Assembly (NCBI RefSeq): GCF_018350175.1
Contig: NC_058368.1
Span: 73,658,001-73,722,000, forward strand
Reading direction: 5' to 3'
Origin: Felis catus
Lineage: Eukaryota
DNA: 64,000 bases
A program made the translations under genes and the position numbers. Shown here one piece after another: positions 36,668 through 49,493 of this stretch (positions are counted from its first letter, which is position 1; the number at the start of each line of letters is the position of its first letter). The notes under the pieces were generated by a model. The model ran no database searches. It was not told the origin of the DNA and worked only from the letters and a program-made list of their open reading frames with translations.

Positions 36668-38520
36668 TCTGGGAGGTGGAAGAGGGGGACCTTCCTAAGC
36701 CTTGTGGTTTTAGTGAAACAACTTTTTCTATTCCCTTCCTTCCCCCCAGTAGTGCTCTCTTTCTGTAGGCCTCAGTCACACTGAGAACGCTCTGATGCTG
36801 AGACTTTCCTTCAGCTTATGCTCATTCTGCCCTTTGGTGAGATCTCTAACAGGCAGCTCCTTAGTAGCTCTTCCAAATAAGCTTCTGATGGCTTACCACA
36901 CCAATTCACCGAATGCGCCCAGGAACCCTAGGTTCCTGCTGGGGCCCAAAGTGTATGGAGTATTGAATGTGCTGAATAGTGTACCCCTTCATGTATGAGC
37001 CATCTAGTAGGTGATGTAGCCACAATATGGGTGACCTTTGATGATGTAGGCTTTGAGGGACAGTTTATGTATAATTCAGTCCTTTATTTAACCCTCCCTA
37101 TATCATGTCATGGTGCCTGCCTCTTGGCGAGTTCATGCTTTTAAAACCCCTTTACCAAGTGACGGGGAGAAACAAGGAGGCAAAGCAGCTTAAATAACAT
37201 TTTACCAAGGTTTACAGTGAAGGGAGAGGGTAAAATGATTATACGAATTGAAGTGTTTGAAACCAGTGGCAGATCTCAATTACCAATCGATCCCTGGTCT
37301 CCCCGGAGAGCAGGGCTAACAGTAGATGCAATATATATGTGCTTAGATGTCTACATACATGCCAGTTGCCAAATAGAGTGGTTTTTTTTTTTCATTCCAC
37401 CTGGAATATGGTGGAAAGATCAAAGACTAACTCCTGTTGCTTTTTTCTCCTTCAATAGCTGCTGAGAAACTGTCTCTATTATGTTTGCATTTTGTAGAAT
37501 AGAGGTTGTAAAATTTCAAAAGAAAGGCCAAAATGTTCGTGGAAAAGATCTATGGGAATGTGTGTATGTGTGTTCTGTTTTCCACGGCTGTCATCTGCTT
37601 TGCAAAGATGTTCTTAAAAGGTACTGACAAATCCAAGGCATTACCCATGATACACTTAGGCACTTAGCCTTGAGCCCTACTCAGAATGACCTTCTCAAAT
37701 CCAATAAACAGTAGCTCTATGACTATTTTATTACATGCCGTGATGCTCACAGTCATAAGTGGTTACCCTGAACTTTGGCCCCTTTTTGGTTTTCAAAGTA
37801 AAGATTCAATGAACTTGAAGTGACGTATATAGAGAAAACTGCTCTACCCCACTCTTGAATGATTTACCTTTGTACAGTTCCCTGAATAGGCGTAAAAACT
37901 TATTCCATGAGATGGATATATTTCTGTCTTAACTAGTAGAGAATAAAAGGAAGGGTAGAACAATAAAATTCAGAGGAATCATATTTCAAATAAACATGTT
38001 TGGGTGCTCATGAATACACTAGGTTCTGTGATGGTGAGAAGGCTCTCTAAAAATGCCACCCTGAAAACATATGATTTTTATGGAGTTTTATCAATGAATC
38101 AATCAGCCAACCAACCAATCAGTTAAGCAGTCAATAAATGTGTTTGAATACCTATTATATATCTAGGATCATTAGATTTTTATTGATGAATGAATGTATT
38201 TATTTATCTGATAAACATTTACTGGCAGGCTTCTTCATACTGATAAGACATAAGCTAGGCATTGCCAACACAAGAGGGCACAAATACTACCCTCAGGAAG
38301 CTCCTAGTTTATTAAACCACAAGCGCATGGTTTAAATACTATATTATAGGTGTAGCAATAGAAATATTCTTAAGGTACTGTGAAATTCATTCATTTGCTC
38401 ATTCGTCATTCCCTCATTCATTCAACTTTTGCAGTGTTCTAGCCATTGTGCTACAGTCTGAAAAAAAAATGTTAAACAAGACAGAACTGGCAACTGTCTT
38501 CATAGAATTTATATTTTCAT

Positions 38521-38556
<36 letters not shown>

Positions 38557-38565
38557 AAAAGAAAG
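38521..38565. repeat. (AAAG)n microsatellite within antisense L2 fragments (~38140-38670)
   Basis: Direct reading; flanking attcattcatt..caagacaga L2 motifs. Confidence 0.85.
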
Positions 38566-39499
38566 ATGCATTAAGTAAATAAATGCATTTAAGTAAGTAA
38601 GTAATGAATGAATATCACAAAACTGTGATAGGTACTATGAAGGAAAGCATGAGGATTTATGATAATTATGGGAAAGGTCCCTACAGGTCCCTAGAGGTAC
38701 TCCTACAAAGAAGCAAATAACTTTCCTTTGAGCTGTCAAGTATCCATATGCCAGGTAATATATTCAGCTATGAGTGGAATCATCAAAATCTTCAGGAACA
38801 CTAAGGCCCGCTGAAATCTCTAGGTATCACTGCATGGAATCGGAACATATGGTGTGAGGGGTGCTAGGAATCAGCTGATCTGGTCTTCGGTGCTGACCTA
38901 ATGACATCATTTGATTTAATATTTAACCTCTCTGGGTTTCAGTTTTCTCACTTATAGACTGGAAGAGTTAGATTGGGTCATCCGTAAAGCCCCATCTAAC
39001 TGTAAACCTCAACATTCCCAGTAGGATAAATAATTTCCCACTGCTCTGCAAAAGGGCCAGTTTCTACACAGGGACTAAATATGTGCACGTGCTTGGTAAA
39101 ACTTAGAGAACCATACAGTGTAATTGCTGAAGGAATAAGGCTAGATAGATTAATACACATGAGCTCAGACATGTAATACAGGATGTGGATGCTTGCTTTC
39201 ACATGGTTCCTGGGTCTGCCCAGTTTTTAAAGGTGTGATGAAGGAACCACCTGTGTTTCTCTCACATGTATGCATTTATCCAAATTGGAAAAGATAACCA
39301 TGCATGTTCCAGGGTGGGAGTAGAAAGAAGTAGAAGTCATGAATGGAGATTCAAGGTGTGGTGGGCTAAGCGCTGGAGCAGGAATTCAAATAGTTAGTTT
39401 CCGGTCTAGGTTTTGCCTCTAGCCAGGCTTCACTAGCAAAGATGCTAAATCTTTGACCAGTACCATCTGCATGTAAGTGAAAGGTAGAAGTTGCCCTGA

Positions 39500-39718
39500 T
39501 TTAGCTGCGTTCCGACTTCATACTTAGCATCAGATACTCTTCCCAGTCAAATCGTGCGTGAAACCCCAGCATACCTAACAGACAAAAGTGAAGTCACACT
39601 GGTTGAGGGAAGCATTGAAGACCCGTAGGCCCCCTAATTGGGTCTTTTTCTCTCATTCCTAAAGCAGCTGTGAGGTAGGAAACCAGGGCTTCTGGAAATT
39701 CAGTTAGGAAGCCACTGG
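39500..39718. mobile_element. MER103C-like hAT MITE
   Basis: aaatcgtgcgtgaaaccccagcatacctaacagacaaaagtgaagtcacactggttga..cagttaggaagccactg. Confidence 0.65.
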
Positions 39719-40029
39719 GCTCAAGGATGACAATTGGTAATATCATACACGGTCCCCTGAAGTCCTCACTGTTGCCAACTCACACACTAACTTTTCCCTT
39801 GTTTGTACTAACGTATTAGATAAAGGACATTGGTGTGTAGAAGGGTATTTCTTGAATGGTTTCTGAGCTCTGTGTGTTGGCTTTTGTGAGCTGACTGTAG
39901 TCAACTCCACCTCACTCCTTCCATGTTCTGGCCACATCTCTAAGTGAAAGCTGGCTGGCATTTAAGGCAATCTGGAGGGTTAATTATGGTCCACGCCAGT
40001 GATTTCATCCTGCATTAGGTAAAGACGCT

Positions 40030-41240
40030 GTACAGACTGTGGAACACTTGACTTATGCAAATATGACCTTACACAGATTGTTCTATGAGGCCCATAATAA
40101 CATCTTAGAGATGGAAATTTTAGTGATGCTGCGTGTGGCTGCTGGCTGCAAAGCCAGGATGCTGGGCAGGCAGTAGCCACCACGAGGTGAGGGGCTTTGT
40201 GACTACGCTTTCATGTTGTTCTGTTTTCTCCATGGATTTTTGGATGTGTTATTTCAGTATCATTTGTATTATTACCTCTTTTATGACATTCTAACTGTGA
40301 TTGAATGGAAACCAAGCAATAGCAAGGGGTACATTAGAAGGAAAAAAAAATGAAAGTGTAAAGAGGCTTAAAAGTGCCAAAGCCTTTATTCCATTGTGTG
40401 GGATTTCCTCTGGCTGCCTCAACAATGAAAATCATTTTGCACAAAAGCACATGCATAAAAGTGCACATAAAATTTCCTACACGTGGTATAATGCTTAAAA
40501 GGCTTAGGTCTTGGAGCGAGACAGATGGAGCTCTGAATTTTGTCTCTTCTTAGTTTTGTGACATTTGACAAATGGCTGCATGTCTTCCAGCCTCAGTTTC
40601 TCATCTGTAAAATGGGTGTGATGACAGCAGCACCTTATAAGATTGTCTTGAAGATTAAATGAGATAGTATGTATAAAGTACTTCTCTTTCTACCTGATAC
40701 CTGGAAAGTCATGCAGTTCACTATGAAATCTCATTTTTCATCCACATTATCGGTAGCATTTCCATTTCATAAATAGCCTCTGCTTTGGTGTTCCTATGTA
40801 TTTTTTTTTTTGGAGTACTTGACAAAAGCAGAAATCTAAATGGAAAAGTTAGCACTAATACAGATGAAGGATGAAATTTACAAAAGTATGGGATACATTT
40901 AAATGACAATTAAAACAAAGAATTATTGTAAATTGATGTAAAGGGGAGGTACAAGATTTTTAATGCAATGCTATGGTTAGCCATGGGTGGTTCATAGATT
41001 TAAAATTTGTACCAATGTTCAAAATGTAAAAATGAGAGGTTGGGAAGGCTAGCATTGTGATAAAAGCAACGGAAATTATTCTCAAATGTTATGAATAATT
41101 ATAAGGAGACAATGGCATTGCACATAGCAGATTTTTATTGTGAATAAAATTGGACGCTTTTAGGGAATGATATCAAGAAGAATGTTTTAAAGGCAGGAAA
41201 AACATCGTCAGTATTAAAGACCACAAAAGCTAGTCGTGCA
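40030..41240 (+). mobile_element. Decayed Tigger (pogo/TcMar) element with transposase relic, interrupted by a MIR
   Basis: ~40975-41235 reads SHGWF/RFKICTNVQNVKMRG...QIFIVNKIGRF*GMISRRMF, matching Tigger ASxGWFxRFKxR..GE and QIFNVDETGLFWKxMPxRTF. The left boundary is uncertain. Confidence 0.7.
40480..40720 (+). mobile_element. MIR SINE
   Basis: agcctcagtttctcatctgtaaaatggg, gaagattaaatgagata. Confidence 0.85.
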
Positions 41241-42200
41241 TTTTTTTTCCCCTTAAGGCTAAAGCTAATACAGTCACTTGCTTATCATTTAGAATGTGCA
41301 CATGTACTTGAAGGCCTTGGCAAGGCAGCATATGGACCAGTATTTGAGACAAATGTGCATTGCAGGATAGCCTGGGAGAAAAACCAGTGTGAACAGGGGT
41401 GTGGGTGCGGACCAATGTGGTTAAACCCAGGACAGGGCTGAAGATGATGCTTTCATCTTCTGAGGTCTTTTGCACCGGAATAACCATCAGTCCTAATGGC
41501 TTAGTGTTGCCTGAGGCTCTCTTTCCATTCTGTGAGTTTATGTTTCTCATTTTCCTGACTTTCAGATGCTTACAGGTTCTCCCAAATTGACTGCTTACAT
41601 TTCTGTTTGGCTCATACTTCCTTGCAGTATACTTGGATCCTTTTGAGAGAGACCTTACTTAGTTTGCTAAAATGAAAGTTTTATTTATTTAATTTTTGCA
41701 AAAATAACTCCCTTTTGTCTAAAAGTTGGGTTGGCAAGGCCTCCCAAGTGGTAAGTTGACATCTCCTGGCTGGGTCTTCAGTCTTAGCACCCCATCAGCC
41801 ACCATTAATTATGCATCTGCATGACTCTGCTCACCTGGGATTTCAGTCCCTCTGCCTTGCCCAGTGCCTAAGACAGAGAAGGAACTCAAAACATACTCTT
41901 GCGGTGAATGGGAAAAAAAAAAAGACTATCATCAAACATACATCTTTTCCGATAAAATCTATTCATGGCTAGATACCGAAGAGTGAAAGCGATACATATG
42001 GTCATAAAGGCGACAACATTTGTTAGTTGAGAGTTCGCTGTACGTCCAGCACGAGGCTGAGCTATATATTTATTTATTTCACTCCCACAACCACCATAGC
42101 TGGCCGATATTATGATCTTCATTTTATCGATCAATATATATATATATTTTTTTGAAGTTGTCTAACCTGTTTTATTAAGCCTGTAAACTTCTTTGACAAT

Positions 42201-42584
42201 CTTTTTTTAAATTTTTAAATTTTATTTTTTAAAATTTATATCCAAATTAGTTAGCATACAGTGCAACAATGATTTCAGAAGTAGATTCCTTAATGTCCCT
42301 TACCCATTTAGCCTATCCCCCTCTCCCACACCCTCTCCAGTAACCCTCTGTTTGTTCTCTATAAGAGTCTCTTATGTTTTGTTCCCCTCCTGGTTTTCAT
42401 ATTATTTTTGTTTCCCTTCCCTTATGTTCATCTGTTTTGTATCTTAAATTCTTCATATGAGTGAAGTCATATGATATTTGTCTTTCTCTGACTAATTTTG
42501 CTTAGCATAATACCCTCCAGTTCCATCCACGTAGTTGCAAATGGCAAGATTTCATTCTTTTTGATTGCTGAGTAATACTCCATG

Positions 42585-42637
<53 letters not shown>

Positions 42638-43808
42638 CCACATCTTCTTTATCCATTCATCCATCAATGGACATTTGGGCTCTTTCCATACTTTGGCTAT
42701 TGTTGATAGTGCTGCTATAAACATGGGGGTGCATGTGCCCCTTCGATGGATGCTGTATCCCTTGGATAAATACCTAGTAGTGCAATTGCTGGGTCGTAGG
42801 GTTGTTCTCTTTTTAATTTTTTGAGGAGCCTCCATACTGTTTTCCAGAGTGGCTGCACCAGCTTGCATTGCCACCAACAATGCAAAAGAGATCCTCTTTC
42901 TCTGCATCCTCACCAACCTCTGTTGCTGCCTGAGTTGTTAATGTTAGCCATTCTGACAGGTGTGAGGTGGTATCTCATTGTGGTTTCGATTTGTATTTCC
43001 CTGATGATGAGTGATGTGGAGCATTTTTTCATAGGTCGGTTGGCCATCTGGTTGTCTTCTTTGGAGAAGTGTCTATTCATGTCTTCTGCCCATTTCTTCA
43101 CTGGATTATTTGTTTTTTGGGTGTTGAGTGTGGTAAGTTCTTTATAGATTTTGGATACTAACCCTTTATCTGATATGTCATTTGCAAATATCTTGTCCCA
43201 TTCTGTCGGTTGCCTTTTAGTTTTGCTGATTGTTTCCTTAGCTGTGCAGAAGCTTTTTATTTTGATGAGGTCCCAGTAGTTCATTTTTGCTTTTGTTTCC
43301 TTTGCCTCGGGAGACGTGTTGAGTAAGAAGTTGCTGCGGCCAAGATCAAAGAGGTTTTTGCTTGGTTTCTCCTCAAGGATTTTGATGGCTTCCTGTCTCT
43401 TACATTGAGGTCTTTCATCCATTTTGAGTTTATTTTTGTGTCTGGTGTAAGAAAGTGGTCTGGGTTCATCCTTCTGCATGTCGCTGTCCAGTTTTCCCAG
43501 CACCACTTGTTGAATGAAGAGACTGTCTTTATTCCATTGGATATTCTTTCCTGCTTTGTCAAAGATTAGTTGGCCATATGTTTGTGGGTCCGTTTCTGGG
43601 TTCTCCATTCTGTTCCATTGATCTGAGTGTCTGTTCTTGTGCCAGTACCATACTGTCTTTACGATTACAGCTTTGTAGTATGGCTTGAAGTCTGGGATTG
43701 TGATGCTTCCTGCTTTGGTTTTCTTTTTCAATAATGCTTTGGCTATTTGGGGTCTTTTCTGGTTCCATACACATTTTAGGATTATTTGTTCTAGTGCTGT
43801 GAAGAATG
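42201..43808 (-). mobile_element. 5'-truncated young felid L1 (L1_Fc type, ORF2 3' part and 3'UTR)
   Basis: [67 protein letters not shown] cgatcaatat at 42128-42137 and 43811-43820. Internal (TG)n at ~42587-42634. Confidence 0.97.
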
Positions 43809-44823
43809 GACGATCAATATTTTAGAATTTGGAGAATAGCCAGAAAGATAATATTAGTTTTGCAATCGAGCTCATGTATTAGAGATTCCAGAATGATTTG
43901 GTATGTGTCATCATGCTTCCTTTCTTGCCCCTGGGTCTGATGGATGTGGGACAAATCATCATAGTTATTACCCAGGCGAGCTTTTCTCTCAGAACTTGAG
44001 TCTGTTTGGCCACTAATTCCCGGCTTTACCACTCTGGATAACATGATTATTTTAGATTTGAAATTACAAACCCTAGGTAGGTGTTTTTCACAAAGAATTT
44101 AGTTTATCCAGACACATTCCTTGTTCTTAGCATGTTGCCCTGTTCAATTTCAACCATTTCATGCTGATTTACTGCCAAATGTGGATGGATCAACTGTTCT
44201 CTTGGTGTAAGAATTTTGCCTCTTGTTCCTTAAGCAATGCCCCTGGGTGCCTCCTAACCCACACATGGCCAAAATGCATCCTGGCATCCTGGAATGATGC
44301 TTAGAGGTGGGAGGCAAGACTATTCTAGAAGAGTTTCAGGGGGAATATCTCTTTCTCTCTTACTTTCTCCTTCTCTATGTTATATACCTGGGAGCATCAA
44401 TCCCATTAGTAATAAAAAATCAATCTCACTGAAGACAATTGTGGTCAGAATAACTCTAAGGAACAATTCTTCAAGAAATGCCACTGCATGTCAAAACACA
44501 GAGTCTACCAACAGGGCCTCATTTACTCCTAAAGCATTTGAACCCACCTTATATCCTCTGGCACTACATAACCCCAAAGTCCTTGCCTCCTATTTTTCAA
44601 CCAGAAATTCTTATTTAAAATTAGTTTTAAAAAATAAGCTGAAGCTCATTTTGCTGTCATTAGTTTCATGCAGATTTTTAGGGCTTCATGAAAATTGCTC
44701 TGAACAATGGGTCCGTGAAGGAAATGCATGAACAGATGTTCCGGGCAAGTTCAGATACATTAGGTTTCTAGAAAACATGTTTCAAACAGTTGGCTCAGGC
44801 ATAGGCACACCTTTTAATTACAC

Positions 44824-44917
44824 TGAACTTATGATAGGTCAACATTTCAAGGTTTATCTGAATTGTGTGTTAACCTTGAGCCCTGTCATCACGCTAAGGG
44901 CAATCACTGACCTTGAA
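44824..44917. promoter_or_regulatory. Candidate enhancer: cluster of ERR/NR5A-type extended half-sites
   Basis: TCAAGGTTT 44847-44855, TAACCTTGA 44871-44879, TGACCTTGA 44908-44916 and AGGTCA 44836-44841, in non-repeat sequence. Confidence 0.4.
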
Positions 44918-46469
44918 ATAAGAGCGTTAATCATGAAAAGCAATTCAGCAATTGGCATGTCACTAAATAACTGAGGGCGGGGGGCAGAGAGAGAGGGAGA
45001 AATATTATGGTTTAAAAATGTGAAGCTAATGATTCTGTGTAAATAATCCCTGTGCTCTGTTTCTTTTGAAGGTGGGATGGGCATTCACTGAGCCACCCAT
45101 ATTTTCCTCTCAGCTTTCCATGGGCTTATTCCAGAACTCTGCCTGTGGCTGCACCTTTGTTCGGGGTAAACTGGCCTGTCTGGGGATGAGAATGGCTTGT
45201 GTTGTGCCTGCTGCTCACTAGACAGGAAACGCATGGGGAACTGACTGGACTCCATTTCCCTGGGTTCGGGCTCCAGAGAAGAATGTTTGGTTGCACTGCA
45301 GCCGGGAAAGTCAACTGTGCATAGAAACTCACGATATGACTTCTCCTGTTTTGTTTTTAATCCTTAAAAAAAACCCAAATGTTCTTAGTTTCTCTAGGAT
45401 AAGGAAATTATCCTTAATGTAGAAAGGTAATTCTCACATTGTTCTTCAAGGCACAAAATGATTCTTTCTTCCTCCTCCCAGTACTGAGAAGTACCCCTTA
45501 CTGTTAAAGCTGTGGGTTCTGCAAATGGTCCTTAATAACACAGAAAGCACCAGGTCTCTGGAAAGGGCATCTTCCAGTATGTGCTGTGGTGGGAAGGCGG
45601 GCAGTTAGAGGCGCAGTCTACTTGCACACCAGGTGCGGTTCACTCCTCCACCTGCTGTCCGGTCTCTGTTCCTCTGTCCGCTGAAAGTGCCCGTGAGAGT
45701 GCGCTCGGTCCCCACCTCACCTCTGACATCTGTGAAGAGGGACTTGTAAGAATTCCTGCCAAGTAAGCTACAGAATGTAAAGTGGTGTATGAATATGTAA
45801 TAGCAGCCATTATCAGTTGATGCCCCTGTCTTTGGAAAGAATCATTTCATTCACTGTGGAGAGAATGAGGGGCAATTTGAAATGGCCTGAGGTAAGTGGC
45901 ATTTCATATATTGCCAATCAAATTAACCTTGAACCTTTCTGTGCTACTTAGAATTCTTGTTCTTTTTCTTCTTTCTCCATCACTGAAAATTAAGATGATG
46001 CGTATAAAACCACTTTTCACTCTACAATATTGCACTCTCTCTTCCTTTCCCTCCCTGGGGAGGAGAGAGACGAACAGTTCTGTGTGTCAATCAAACTGAC
46101 GGTGACCTAGAGTGGGGGAAAGTGAGACTGTCACGCAGGTGGGGAGACCCGATGCTGTGTCCGGTGCTCTGCTTCTCGCCTGAGCGTCAAATCCGTCGCT
46201 GCAGCTGATCTGAGCTGGGACGGGTGATCCTGGACCACAGCTGCCTGACACGAACATGGAGCGTGGATCCGGGGCTGTTCTGTCTCCTGATTCTCACACA
46301 CACCCTGCATCTGTGTTGGAGGTGGGGGGGTGGTCTCTTTGGAGCTCGTGGCCAAATTTCTCTGTCTGAGCAGAAAGCAGCCATTGTGTGAGTGTATGCA
46401 GTAGTGGACTATTCAGTACCTGCATTTTGTTTGAGCTTTAGTAATTGTGCACTGAATAACAGATATTTA

Positions 46470-46502
46470 TTTTCTTTTTTGTAAGTTTATTTATGTATTT
46501 AT

Positions 46503-46546
<44 letters not shown>

Positions 46547-46681
46547 AGAGAGAATCCCAAGCAGGCTCTGTGCTGTCAGTGCAGAGCCCGGTGTGGGGCT
46601 TGATTTCACAAACCATGAGATCATGGCTTGAGCTGAAATCAAGAGTCAGATGCTTAACCAACTGGGCCACCCAGGCGCCCC
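46470..46681 (-). mobile_element. CAN-SINE
   Basis: agaatcccaagcaggctc..gagctgaaatcaagagtcagatgcttaacc..ccaggcgcccc. Confidence 0.95.
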
Positions 46682-46892
46682 TTGGGTACATTCTTAATAA
46701 GATTATAGGTAGCCTCGCCCACTCCCATTGCTATGAACATGTACATTTTCCTTTCTCAGTCCAGGCTCCTCAGATATATATCAGAAGTCTACACTTTTTA
46801 GACAGGACAAGTCTTACCCCTAAATAGACATTCTGCTGGTTTGAGTTACTGTTTTATCCCAATTATACTCTCCACTTTTTAACTCCTAGACC

Positions 46893-47096
46893 TTATTTGT
46901 TTGTTTATTTATTGTGAGAGAGAGAGCACAGGCGAGATAGGGAGGGTCAGGGAGAAAGGGACAGAGACAATCCCAAGCAGGCTCCACACTGTCAGTGCAG
47001 AGCCCGATGTGGGCTCTGTCTCACAAACCATGAGATCATGACCCGAGCTCACATCGAGAATCGGATGCTTAACTTCCTGAGTTACCCAGGCGCCCC
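46893..47096 (-). mobile_element. CAN-SINE
   Basis: Typical body, flanked by repeated cctagacc. Confidence 0.93.
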
Positions 47097-47915
47097 AATC
47101 CCTAGACCGTTATGTATGCTGTTTCCACCAAAAAGCCTGTTCCTCAATATCTCTGCCATTATCTAACCTCATTATACAACCTCCCAAGAACCAATTACAG
47201 CGCCATCCACCATCCAGTGCCAAGTCTTCTCTTATCATCCACCCCCCCACCCCCATGGAAATGATTTCATCCTTCTTTTGAACTGTAATAGCACTTTGTC
47301 TCTATTTCATGGCGCTTGTTGTATCATGTTCTGTACCAGAGACCTGTGGTTTGTTTTCCCTATTCTTCTAAATTTTAAGATCTATGCAGGCAAGAATCAT
47401 CTTTGGTTATTGGTGTGTTTTCCACACTGTGGCAGAAGGATCTAAGAAGGCTTACAGGGGTTTAGAGCAAAATAAAAGAAATTAAAAATAGATTAAAAAA
47501 ATGAAGCCAAGGAATTTTGTTTGTAACTTTATAGGATCTAGTGCCTTTCAAGCAGAGGGTTGCAGATATTATGAGTCCTTGGGACGGAGGTATTTATTCT
47601 CCAAGCTTCTGCAACCCAAGTGCAGTGGAGCTACTGGCCAACAGCCATAATCTTCGCAGGCACACCAGGGTTTGGGGAATGCATTTTGTCACTGTTTATC
47701 TATGTTGAATCCAACTTATGGTTAATGTATTTTTACTTATGGGATCTGCCTCCATTGAGACAGAATGAACTAGGATCAGTAAAACCAAATGAACCAGTGG
47801 TTCTTGATCTTGATGCCGGATAAAGTGATAGCACTTGTTGGCAGACAAGAGCCAATTCTTGTTTGGGGAATAATTTGGACATCTCCATAAAAGCATCACC
47901 AAAGAAGATATGTGG

Positions 47916-47931
47916 TGTGTGTGTGTGTGTG

Positions 47932-47964
<33 letters not shown>

Positions 47965-47982
47965 GTGTGTATGTGTGTGTGT
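47916..47982. repeat. (TG)n microsatellite
   Basis: Direct reading. Confidence 0.95.
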
Positions 47983-48154
47983 TAGCTGGATTAGAAGGGT
48001 CAGGTTGAGGGCTTCTGAGAAGCAGTATATTTACTGGTTATTCTCACCAAGTCTGAGGAACATCAGATGAGGGAGGTAGATGAGATGGTTTTAAGATAAT
48101 ACATGCATTTATTATGTCATTGTTCTTTCCCTCTAAACACTAACCCACTAAAAA

Positions 48155-48266
48155 TTAGGGTGATCAAATAATTTGTTTTCCAAACTGGTGCACTTTTGAG
48201 GGTGAAAGATGACACTGTTAGGACAGTGGGCATGATCCTGGGCGAGCCACGATACCAAGTCACCTT
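48155..48266. mobile_element. MER94 (hAT-Blackjack) MITE
   Basis: TIRs tagggtga..gtcaccttg; ccaaactggtgcacttttgagggtgaaag. Confidence 0.8.
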
Positions 48267-48489
48267 GTGATGGTGACTGATCTGTATGTGCAGCCATTAA
48301 CAGACCAATGTGATGCTGAAGCTTTTCTTATCCTGAAAATATTTTAGGTTTATAATTTCCAAAAAAAAAGCCTGACTCAAAAAAACAGCCTCTCAGAACC
48401 ACATCTGGTCACTATCTGTTATTCTCTATATTAGGGACACACGGTTGCTTTCCTGTGGTGTTTTCCAGACACCCATAGGAATTTTGTAT

Positions 48490-48680
48490 TACCACACTGA
48501 GTTTCTTCATATTTCTTCTGCGACTTTTCTCTCCCTCTTGACTTCCATCTGCATAATCTTCACGTGATTGTTTCTCTGCTGTCCTCGCTCTTCACACTTC
48601 CATTTCAAGAAGTTGTATTATGACGAGCGTTGCTTTAATCTATGGCTATGTTCTTGCTGACTTTCTTCAGCCAGTTAAAA
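48490..48680 (-). mobile_element. Possible ancient RTE-clade LINE 3' relic
   Basis: Minus strand LKW../VKSEDSRE../KIMQMEV/EGEKSRRR resembles RTE LrWfGHVxR....m.veG.r.RGRP. Confidence 0.35.
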
Positions 48681-49269
48681 TTCAATAGGGCTTGAGGTGA
48701 GATTTATTAAAATAACCAAAGAGCCGGATGTGGGAGAACCTATTTTCACTACTCATAAGGAAAATTAATAACAACAGTGCATTAGAGTCCACTAGTTTGG
48801 TTTGGATAGAATATGCTGCTGTAAGTGTGGCGATTTGAATGGCAGGTATGTCTACTGAAAAAAGAAAAAGCAAGGTTTCACCTTAAAGCTTTGTCCACAC
48901 CAACAAAGAGAAATATAGTTATTTATCTAGAGAATCCAGGCTGAAAACTTACACTACCAAGCACTGAAATTATACTATCTTGAATCACCCATATTGATGG
49001 GCAACATTGATTAAATTTCCTGAATTATTGCCTAAATCTTTATTTCATTTATCCAGCATAGAAAATAATGCAGAGGTGCTCTTTGTCTAACACTTGGCCG
49101 TGGGAATAATACTACTCAAAAGGGTTTCAGTCCCTTAAAATTTGCCCCCCTCTCCCACCCCTATTTTGGGAGTAGAGAGTAGGAACACTAGTAGTCAAAA
49201 CCCTTAGGATGAAGTTTGGAAACTGAGAAATGACACTTTTTAAAAATCTTATTAGAATTTGGAACTGAA

Positions 49270-49493
49270 GGGGCGCCTGGGTGGCTCAGTGGGTTAAGCA
49301 TCCGACTTTGGCTTAGGTCACGATCTCACGGCTTGTGAGTTCGAGTCCCGCTTTGAGCTCTGTGCTGACAGCTCAGAGCCTGGAGCCTGCTTCAGATTCT
49401 ATGTATCCCTCTCTCTCTGCCCCTCCCTCACTTGCGCTCTGTCTTTGTCTCTGTCTCAAAAATAAATAAACGTTAGAAAAATTTAAAAAAAAG
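49270..49493 (+). mobile_element. CAN-SINE
   Basis: TSD gaatttggaactga at 49255-49268 and 49494-49507. Confidence 0.97.

Noticed and set aside
36599..36784. Apparent polyHis/polyGln tract like a transcription-factor exon
   Set aside because: The His/Gln frame has a stop just upstream, no start or good acceptor, and no recognisable domain; it is a microsatellite.
42467..43774. 273-aa and neighbouring ORFs
   Set aside because: They are frameshifted pieces of a truncated L1 ORF2, not a cellular gene.
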